This document shows positions 1-7,700 of a DNA stretch of 30,852 nt, one piece after another. The DNA is from a virus (Duplodnaviria; Caudoviricetes), in the IMG/VR virus record IMGVR_UViG_3300049009_000679, positions 1-30,852 of that record; one strand, written 5' to 3'. The position numbers were made by a program, and so were the translations under genes. Numbering within the stretch: the first letter of the stretch is position 1; every line of letters begins with the position of its first letter. The notes under the pieces are model-generated. The model worked only from the letters and a program-made list of their open reading frames with translations, did not search any database and was not told where the DNA came from.

Positions 1-36
1 GCCGCCACCGCCGAGCTGGCAAAGGTGTGGCCATGA
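1..36 (+). CDS. 3' end of an upstream small early gene (partial, ...AATAELAKVWP*)
   Basis: Frame 1 is open with GC3-rich codons; its TGA (34-36) overlaps the next ATG (ATGA). Confidence 0.55.
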   Translation, partial: AATAELAKVWP

Positions 37-260
37 AGTGCCAATGCGGGTGCATCCGGGACAGGGTCATTGAGACCCGCCGGCTGGACGACGTCATGTG
101 GCGCAGGCGGGAATGCTACGACTGCGGCGCCAGGTGGTGGACCTCCGAAAAGCGTGCCGACAGGCCCCCGACCGCTTTGCACAAAATCAGCAAGGGCGTG
201 GCCGTCAAGCCCGACCCCGCCCCCTCAACTCCGAACGAACTTTTCAAGGTGTGGCAATGA
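33..260 (+). CDS. Zn-ribbon protein, NrdR N-terminal-like (possible transcription regulator)
   Basis: MKCQCG...RVIETR...WRRRECYDCGARWWTSE matches the NrdR-type CxxC/RRREC-xx-C-x-RFTTxE ribbon; no ATP-cone. ATG at 33 is preceded by AAGGTG. Confidence 0.75.
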   Translation: MKCQCGCIRDRVIETRRLDDVMWRRRECYDCGARWWTSEKRADRPPTALHKISKGVAVKPDPAPSTPNELFKVWQ

Positions 261-418
261 GCAAATTGATCCGCGCTGTGCAGCACAGCAAGAGCTTGGG
301 CGACCTGAACCCTGAGCGCGAAAAGCCGCAGGGAACTTCGCCGGCGCAGCTGCGACGCGACAAACGGCAGCGCGAGGCCTCGGCCCTGCTGCAGCAGGTC
401 TGGGCCGCGCGTGCGTGA
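257..418 (+). CDS. Small hypothetical protein (53 aa, MSKLIRAVQH...)
   Basis: ATGA overlap with the upstream stop, AAGGTG SD, and overlap with the helicase start. Confidence 0.65.
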   Translation: MSKLIRAVQHSKSLGDLNPEREKPQGTSPAQLRRDKRQREASALLQQVWAARA

Positions 419-1796
419 GTTCAAGCCGCGGGACTACCAGACCGCCATCATGCGGTTCGTGGCCGAGCATGAGCGCTGCAACGTCTGGTCGGGCATGGGC
501 ACCGGCAAGAGCGTGTCGACCCTGACCATCTTGCAGGGCCTGGCGCTGGTCGAGGACCCTTTCCCGGCGCTGGTGCTGGCGCCGCTGCGGGTGGCCCAGT
601 CCACCTGGCCAGACGAGGCCCAGAAGTGGGCCCACCTGAACGGCCTCAGCATCGGCGCCGCCTGCGGGGACGCACCCTTCCGCCGGGGGGTGCTGCGCCG
701 CCGGCACGACATCGTCACGACGAACTACGACAACCTGCCCTGGCTGGCTGAGGAGGTCAAGGACGGCTGGCCCTTCCGCACCGTGGTCGCCGACGAGGCC
801 ACCAGGCTGAAGTCCTTCAGGGTGCTGCAGGGCGGCATCCGCGCCCGGGCCCTGGGGCGCGTGGCCCACAAGCATGTGCGCCGCTGGGTCAACCTGACCG
901 GCAGCCCGGCGCCAAACGGGCTGCTGGATCTGTGGGGCCAGCAGTGGTTCATCGACGCCGGGGTCAGGCTGGGCCGATCTTTCAGCGCGTACCAGAACCG
1001 GTGGTTCAAGACCCAGCGTGCGCCCGGCCAGGCCTTCGGTGGCGTGACCACACCGCTGCCTGGTGCTGAGGATGAGATCTACCGGCTGCTGGCCGACTGC
1101 ACGATCACCGTGCGCGCGGCCGACTACCTGGACCTGCCGCCTCTGATCGAGAACGTGATCGAGGTCGCTATGCCGGCTAAGGCCCGGGCCCTCTACAAGG
1201 AGCTGGAGCGCGAGATGTTCCTGAAGCTGGACACCGGCGCGGAGGTCGAGGCCTTCAACGCCGCCAGCCTGACGATGAAGTGTCTGCAACTTGCCAATGG
1301 CGCGCTCTATACCGACGCCGACGGCACCTTCGAGGAGATCCACGATGCAAAGATACAGGCTCTTCACTCCGTGGTGGAGGAGGCTGCCGGCGCGCCTGTT
1401 CTGGTTGCATACCATTTCAAGTCGGACCTCGCCAGGCTTCGCCGTGCACTACCTATGGGTCGGTGGCTGGACGCTGATCCTCAGACGATCCGGGACTGGA
1501 ATGAGGGCAAAATTCCAGTTCTCTTTGCGCACCCAGCGAGTGCTGGGCACGGTATATCGCTCCAAGACGGCGGCAACATCATCGTGTTCTTCGGCCTCTG
1601 GTGGGACCTCGAGCAGCACGAGCAGATCATCGAAAGAATAGGCCCGACCCGCCAAGCGCAGTCGGGCTACAACCGGCCGGTGTTCGTGCACCGGCTGATC
1701 ACCAAGGGCACCGTCGACAAGCTGGTGCTCGCACGTTTGCAAACCAAGGCGTCGGTGCAGTCTCTGCTGCTAGACGCGATGAAGGAGCAGAGATGA
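411..1796 (+). CDS. SNF2-family (superfamily 2) DNA helicase/ATPase
   Basis: Motif I GMGTGKS, Ia VLAPLRVA, II VVADEAT, III LTGSP, V HPASAGHGISLQ, VI QIIERIGPTRQ. Confidence 0.95.
   Translation: MREFKPRDYQTAIMRFVAEHERCNVWSGMGTGKSVSTLTILQGLALVEDPFPALVLAPLRVAQSTWPDEAQKWAHLNGLSIGAACGDAPFRRGVLRRRHDIVTTNYDNLPWLAEEVKDGWPFRTVVADEATRLKSFRVLQGGIRARALGRVAHKHVRRWVNLTGSPAPNGLLDLWGQQWFIDAGVRLGRSFSAYQNRWFKTQRAPGQAFGGVTTPLPGAEDEIYRLLADCTITVRAADYLDLPPLIENVIEVAMPAKARALYKELEREMFLKLDTGAEVEAFNAASLTMKCLQLANGALYTDADGTFEEIHDAKIQALHSVVEEAAGAPVLVAYHFKSDLARLRRALPMGRWLDADPQTIRDWNEGKIPVLFAHPASAGHGISLQDGGNIIVFFGLWWDLEQHEQIIERIGPTRQAQSGYNRPVFVHRLITKGTVDKLVLARLQTKASVQSLLLDAMKEQR
1345..1641 (+). CDS. Putative overprinted +1-frame ORF inside the helicase (98 aa, MQRYRLFTPWWRRLPARLFWL...)
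   Basis: GAGGAG lies 7 nt upstream of ATG 1345. Helicase codons switch to A/T-ending over this interval, and rare AGA-ATA codons create the TAG stop. Confidence 0.45.
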   Translation: MQRYRLFTPWWRRLPARLFWLHTISSRTSPGFAVHYLWVGGWTLILRRSGTGMRAKFQFSLRTQRVLGTVYRSKTAATSSCSSASGGTSSSTSRSSKE

Positions 1797-2200
1797 TGCA
1801 TAAAGAATGCGCAACCATGCCGTGGGTTGAGCGGTGCCAGCAGTGCCGGCAAGAGCAACCCGATCTGGTCGCCCTCCGGTGGCCCCTGCCCAAAGCCGGC
1901 GAGCCCTTCCAGAAGATCGACATCAAGATGCCGGGCGCCTACACGCCCCCCGGGCGCCCAGGCCCCATCGAGATGATCGAGCCCCCGACGGCACTCGGCC
2001 ACCAGGAGGGCGGCGACCACTACAAGGCGATGAAGATCCAGCCGATCGAGTTCATCCACGCGAACGGCATCCCCTTCGCCGAGGGCTGCGTCATCAAGTA
2101 CGTCAGCCGGTGGCGCAGCAAGAACGGCCTGGCCGACCTGAAGAAGGCCCGCCACTTCCTGGACCTGCTGATCGAGCTCGAGGAGAAGGCCCGTGTCTGA
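1793..2200 (+). CDS. DUF3310-family protein (T7 gp1.7 nucleotide kinase / SaV-like) with a Cys-containing N-terminus
   Basis: GGDHYK...QPIEFI...FAEGCVIKYVSRW..KNGLADLKKARHFL signature; AAGGAG SD; ATGA overlap with the helicase stop. Confidence 0.85.
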   Translation: MMHKECATMPWVERCQQCRQEQPDLVALRWPLPKAGEPFQKIDIKMPGAYTPPGRPGPIEMIEPPTALGHQEGGDHYKAMKIQPIEFIHANGIPFAEGCVIKYVSRWRSKNGLADLKKARHFLDLLIELEEKARV

Positions 2201-2429
2201 CTGGTCTGAACGGACGAAGGACGCCCAGACCCAAGCCGGGCTGCGCGACCTGGAGTGGGCGAACCGGCAGGCGGACCCCGTGCAGCAGGCCGTCGACAAC
2301 TACCTGCTCATGGAGCGCAAGGCCCGGGCGTGGGATGCCTTGCGAAAGACAGCCAACACTTGGGTCACAGAAGACGGCGTGACCATTGCGAATCTGGACG
2401 TCGTTCTCTTGGGCTTGTCTCGTGACTGA
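2193..2429 (+). CDS. Hypothetical protein (78 aa)
   Basis: GAGGAG upstream, GTG start overlapping the previous gene, GC3-rich 5' half. Confidence 0.65.
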   Translation: MSDWSERTKDAQTQAGLRDLEWANRQADPVQQAVDNYLLMERKARAWDALRKTANTWVTEDGVTIANLDVVLLGLSRD

Positions 2430-2586
2430 CGCCCGCCGCATCGCCAAGCTGGAGGCTCAGGTGGCCGCGCTGCGGGCCAGGTTGTCGGCCCGCACCGACC
2501 AGCTCCTGCTGGTGCTGCTGCAGATCGACGACCTGAAGCGCGAGCTGGAGCGGGCTCAGGAGTTGATCGCCAACGCCCAGCGGTGA
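2422..2586 (+). CDS. Small coiled-coil protein (~54 aa); last gene of the + strand arm
   Basis: GTGACTGA start/stop overlap; heptad-like IAKLEAQVAALRARL...IDDLKRELERAQELI; start position uncertain. Confidence 0.55.
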   Translation: MTDARRIAKLEAQVAALRARLSARTDQLLLVLLQIDDLKRELERAQELIANAQR

Positions 2587-4751
2587 CGGGTCACTGCGGC
2601 GCCGGCCGATGTCACCAACCGCACCGACAGGATGTTTCCTGCGGTGACGGTGAACGCGTGGGTGTCATCGACTGCTTGGAACGCCGCCCCGGTGATGGTG
2701 CCCGTCATCGTGGTGGCCACGTTGTTGAGCATCACGGTGTAGGTGAACGTCTCGGCACCTACCGGGTCGTCTTCACTCTGCACCAGCAGCTGGCGCACCA
2801 CCCCGCTGGCCTGGCCGACCACGATCACGGTGTCGTTCTCGACAGCCTTGGCCCCGTTGCAGCCCAGGTAAACCGTGGCCCCGGCGGCGACCGTGCCGCC
2901 CGATGAGCCGGTGTGCTCGACCCCGCGCGTCACGTTGACCCCCGCCACCGAGCGTGGCAGGTTGGCTTCCATCGTGAAGTCCGCGTTGGTGACCCCGTTC
3001 GCCACCGGGGACTTGCCAGTGCCTGGCAGCGTAAAGTCGCAACCCACCACCCGCCAGCCGGTGCTCGCGCCGGCGTCGACCTTCAGCCCCTCAGCCTGCT
3101 CGGTGGTCACGATCCCCGTGCTGAAGTTGCCCGACTCCACGCCGATCAAGCCCCAGTTGCTGACACCTGCGCGCACGCGGATGCCTGCGTGGGTGTTGGT
3201 CGCTGCCTTGCTGTTGCGGGTGACCCGTGTGCCCTTCAGGAAGCAGCGCTGGCCGCCCTGGTGGTCCCACCCGTTGACGCCGTTCTCGCGCAGCTTGCCG
3301 CCGACCCAGACCATGTCGTCGACGCCCGAACCAACAGTGACCATACCGGACCCGCCGTTGAACGAGGCCCAGCAGTTGACCAGCTCAGAGTTCACGACCT
3401 GGCCCAATGAGCCGTCGAACTCCCAGCCGTTGCCCAGGTTGTCGTCGGCCAGCACCGTCGAAAGGAACAGGTAGCGAACCCACGAAGTGGCCGTTGGTTT
3501 GAACTTGATGCCGGTATTGCAAGACGCGACGTCGACGGTGTCCCAGTACGAGCCCGAGGCTTGTTCGCACAGGATGCCCACCGAGGCCGCCCGGCTGCCG
3601 GCGAAGTCCAGGTTCGTGACGTTGACGTTGTTCATCCGGGTGCCGATCGAGTCGGTCCCCGCCCCGGTGTAGCCCGACTCGTAGATGCCGTAGTCGGTGA
3701 ACGATCGGATGATCAGCTCGCGCAACGACACATAGAAGCTGCCGTCGATGCGCAGCCCCTTGTTGAAGCGCTCGATCACCACGTCGTCAACCAAGAAGGC
3801 GCTGTTCGCTTTGACGATCTGCAGGCCGATGCCGGTCGAGCCTTCGTTCAGGAACGGCACGAAGCCGAACAGGCTCATGCCGCGCACGCCGGCGCCGCGC
3901 GCGTAGTTCAGATCGAACTTGAGCAGGCCCTTCGTGAGGTCGGTCTGGAACAGCGTGGTCGCGCCCGAGCCTGACCCTGTCAGGTAGCCGTTGACCCCGT
4001 TGGGGATCGTGACCAGGTTGTTGAACTTGTAGTCGCCGTCACCGAACACCGCCTCGAAGCGCGTGTTGCTGTTGAACAGGCGTTGCAGCCCGGTCGTGTT
4101 GAGCGCGGGGGTCTGGTCCGGGTCGAGCCCGAAGTTGACCACCGGCACCTTCTGGATCAGGTTGACGTAGACGTTCTTCTCGTCGGCGCCGGTCTTGGGG
4201 TGGGTGAACTCGACGTTCGTGCCGTCAACCAGGTCGGTCGTCAGCGGGGTGTCGCGGTTCACCAGCGCGGTGCCGGCGGGGTTCCAGGCAATGACCTGGT
4301 TGGCTTGCGGCAGGGGCAGCTCGGTGCTCACGCCGACCGAACTCAGCGCCAGGCGGATGCCTCGCTCGTTCTCTTCGGCCAGCTGCTGCACCTGCATCAC
4401 GATGCGGTCGAGCTCGTTCTCCAGCGCGGTTGGATTGAAGTTGCCGCCGTCAGGGATGTCGGCCGGCTGGTCGTACTCCAGCGCGCCGGCCGCGGTGAGC
4501 GTTTCACCCGTTGCCAGCGGATCGCCGCTGATCGGGTAGGTGATCGTGCCGCCGGGGTTGGCGACCTGGTCCCCGTTCAAGGTCACGCTGTAGTCGCTGT
4601 CCAGTGTCAGCGTCGACTCGACGCCGTCCACGTCAGCGAGCACCACGCGGATGTCCTCTTCGGCGAACACCTTGAAGGTGAACGCGAAGGAGGTGGCCGA
4701 GCCGTTGCCGTTGAACGGCCCGGCGCGCCGTGGTGTCGATGGGAGCGTCAT
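2556..4751 (-). CDS. Tail fibre/tailspike: T7 gp17-like N-terminal anchor plus parallel beta-helix (pectate-lyase-like) body
   Basis: N-terminal GNGSATSFAFTFKVF...DIRVV...DYSVT...GGTIT...LENELDRIVMQVQQL; N/G/S/T-rich beta-helix repeats; last gene of the virion operon. Confidence 0.88.
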   Translation of the reverse strand: MTLPSTPRRAGPFNGNGSATSFAFTFKVFAEEDIRVVLADVDGVESTLTLDSDYSVTLNGDQVANPGGTITYPISGDPLATGETLTAAGALEYDQPADIPDGGNFNPTALENELDRIVMQVQQLAEENERGIRLALSSVGVSTELPLPQANQVIAWNPAGTALVNRDTPLTTDLVDGTNVEFTHPKTGADEKNVYVNLIQKVPVVNFGLDPDQTPALNTTGLQRLFNSNTRFEAVFGDGDYKFNNLVTIPNGVNGYLTGSGSGATTLFQTDLTKGLLKFDLNYARGAGVRGMSLFGFVPFLNEGSTGIGLQIVKANSAFLVDDVVIERFNKGLRIDGSFYVSLRELIIRSFTDYGIYESGYTGAGTDSIGTRMNNVNVTNLDFAGSRAASVGILCEQASGSYWDTVDVASCNTGIKFKPTATSWVRYLFLSTVLADDNLGNGWEFDGSLGQVVNSELVNCWASFNGGSGMVTVGSGVDDMVWVGGKLRENGVNGWDHQGGQRCFLKGTRVTRNSKAATNTHAGIRVRAGVSNWGLIGVESGNFSTGIVTTEQAEGLKVDAGASTGWRVVGCDFTLPGTGKSPVANGVTNADFTMEANLPRSVAGVNVTRGVEHTGSSGGTVAAGATVYLGCNGAKAVENDTVIVVGQASGVVRQLLVQSEDDPVGAETFTYTVMLNNVATTMTGTITGAAFQAVDDTHAFTVTAGNILSVRLVTSAGAAVTRHRWALAINS

Positions 4752-4757
4752 GGTTGA

Positions 4758-4790
4758 ATTGTCCTGTGGTTGTGCTGGCGCAAACGCACG
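4758..4790 (-). promoter_or_regulatory. Putative late promoter copy A (CGTGCGTTTG-N17-GACAAT)
   Basis: One of four copies with an identical 10-mer and exact 17-nt spacing to a -10-like hexamer; directly upstream of the tail fibre ATG. Confidence 0.7.
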
Positions 4791-7700
4791 TCAGTCGCGC
4801 GGCGGGGGGCCAAAGAGGATGGCCGTGGCCGGTGCGTCGCCCTCGCTCCAGGCCTTCCAGCCCTTGTAGCTGCGGGTGGCCTGGATGGTCGGTATGCCAA
4901 AGGCAGTGCCCAGCAGGTTGATCGTGGCCAGCACGGCCGGCTCATCGATCTCGCCCTGGCCCGCCTGCGAGACCGCCTTCTTGCCGTCGCCCACGATCTT
5001 GCCCGCCGGCGGCCCGGCATAGTCGAACGGGGACCACAGCGTGGGCAGCTCGCGCAGGCCGACGAACATGCCGAACAGGTAGCCGGCCTGCCACTCGAGC
5101 ACGCGCTTGGCCCACTTCTCGGCATCGTCGTCCTCGCCCCCGCCCTTGAGCAGGAAGGTCAGCAGCGCCGGCAGGATGGCCGGGATCACCGTCAGCAGCG
5201 CCATGTCGGCCATCCAGCCGGCAACTGCCTTGGGGTCCTTGAACTCGGTGGTCGCGGTCTTCTCCGCCACCAGGTTCAGCGTGGTGTTGAAGTAGCTGTA
5301 GAACTGGGTCAGGAAGGGCATGTTGCGCTGGACCGCGGACAGGTCCTTGGTCGTGCCGCCGCCCTGGCTGCCCAGCACCGCCTCGTCGGCCAGGCTCACC
5401 GCGGCGCTCTCGTCCACGCCGCCGGCCAGGGCCTTCTCGTAGGCGCCCACCCAGGTCGGGACGTCGGCCACCAGCTGCAGCTTCTGCATCAGCATGAAGA
5501 GGCTGGTGTCGTAGACCTGGGCGATCTTCGACTTGCCCTGCACGCGCTGGCTGATCTCGCGCAGCTCGCGGTTGAAGGTCTTTGAGCGCAGCCGCATGAA
5601 CTCCGACTTCTCGTTGATCCAACCGACCGTCGACTCCATGCGCACAGAGTCGCCGGCCCAGCGCGCGGCGCCCTTCAACACCGGTACGACGCCGACCCGG
5701 GCCATCGACTGGGTCAGGCCGAAGGGCTGCATCAGCGCGGTGGTCAGGCTGGCGCCCATGATCGAGCGGCTCACGTTGGAGCGCATAAGCAGCAGCAGGC
5801 GGTCGATCTGGCCCTGGTGCACGGCGTCACCCACGGCGATCGCGTCGGCGGTCTCCTTGAGCGTGCGCGCGGTCTCGTTGTCGTGGTACTCGCGGATGGC
5901 CACGGCAATGCGCGGGTCGTTCAAGATGCGGTTGGCGTCGATGAACCACTCGTGCCAGGCCAGGTCGTGCACCACCTGGTTGACGTGCTGGGTGATGACC
6001 GACAGATCCTTGCGCACCGGCCGGCCCTTCACCTCCTCGACCCGGGCCTTGGTGTGGCCGCGCCGGGTGGTGGGCCTGGCAACCATGCCCTGCATGATCT
6101 GCTTGGCGGTCTCCAGCGCTTCCTGCTTCTCGGCCTTGATCGAGCGCTCGGTGTCGTACTTGATGGGATAGTAGCCCCCGCGCATCTGCACGCCGTTCAG
6201 CTCGAACGGGACCGCCTCGACCTTGTCCTCGGCCACGCCGGTGACGCGCTCCTGCTTGGCCTTGATGTCGGCCCAGTAGGTGTCGATGTGGGCCCAGACG
6301 TCGTTGACGAACTTGAGCTCGACCGGCGACAGCGTGGCCAGGATGGCGTTCACCTGGGCCTCGGTCCAGCCGTCGCCGTCCATCACGCGCTGGCGGTTCT
6401 GCGGGTTGCCCCAGTTCAGCGCGATCGACAGTCGGCCGGCGCGCGACAGGCTGTTGCGGATCTCGGGGATGAAGACCTTGGCCCCGGAGAACCCGCCGGC
6501 CAGCTTCTCGATCGGGGCGTAGATCTTGGCCAGGGCTTCGGTGGCCTGCTCAAGGCGCGTGGCCTCGGAGGCGCCGGCATCGTTCATCGAGCGGACCAGG
6601 ATGCGGTACATCGGCCCGTTGTCCAGGCCCCCGTCCATCTGCCTGATCAGGCTGTTGAACTTGCGGTGGTCGGCCCAGGCGCCCTTGAAGAACTTCTTGA
6701 TGCGGCCGTCGGGCTCGAGCTGCACCGGGCGCGGCTTGCCGCCGTGCTCGCGGATCGAGTCGACCGCCTCGGCCACGATGGCGTCGAACTCGCGCTTGTC
6801 CTTGGCGGCCAGCAGCTTGCTCTTCAGCCTGGCCAGGTGCTCGACCGACTTCACGCCATCGACCAGGCCGCGGAACTCCTCGACCGTCATCTCCTTGTAG
6901 GAGGTCAGCCTGGCGTTGTCCAGCAGATCCTGGGGCACCACCGGGTCCAGGCCCATCTCCTGCTGCTTGGCCACCCACGACGCCAGGCTGGCACGCCGGT
7001 CGATCTCGCGCGCCGTGGTGCTGGTGCGCAGATCGAAGCGCTCCAGCATCTGGTCGATCTGGTCGAGGTAGTCGGCCGGCAGCTTCTCGCGCACGCTGGC
7101 CTTGTCGAACTTCTTGAGGTAGTCGATCGAGCGCTTCACCTCGGCCGCGGCCTGGGCGGTGTAGCGCGCGGTGTACTCGCTCAGGAGCTGATCGCGCTTG
7201 GCCGCGATGGCGTCGGCAGTCTTGCCTTCGGCCTGCAGCTTCAGCGCCTTGGCAGCGGCGCGCGTGGCCGCCGCGGCGTGCTGCGCCGGCTTCAGGTCGA
7301 GGATCTTGCGACGGTTCACCACGGTCTCGGCAAAGCTCTTGGCCGCCTGCACGATCACGTTGACCGACAGCGGGCGGCCCTTTGCCGTGGTCTTGCCGGT
7401 GGGCGCAGTGGCCGACATGGCGCGCTGCATGGCGGCCAGCTCGGTGGCCACGAACCGGCGCCGGGCCTCGTTGTGCACCGCCTCGTTGGCGGCCCGGGCC
7501 ATGCCGTCGGCAGTGACCACCTCGCCGTAGGTCTCCAGCAGGCGCTGCTCGGTCAGCGCGTCGATGAACTGCGCAGCCGGCGGCTGCTCGACCAAGGCCT
7601 TGGCCAGCTCATCCCCGGAGGTGAAGCCGAACTGCTCGGCGATGGCGTCCATCTGCGGCTCGGGCAGGACCGGTGTCGGGCGTGGGTTCTGCTGCTCCCA

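Noticed and set aside
1601-1792. N-terminal extension of the 199-aa ORF
   Set aside because: It lies inside the helicase; the SD and ATGA overlap place the start at 1793/1796.
2556-4751. Diversity-generating retroelement, expected from the BPP-1-like architecture
   Set aside because: No reverse transcriptase, Avd or TR/VR repeat pair was seen in the window, and the fibre is beta-helix type.
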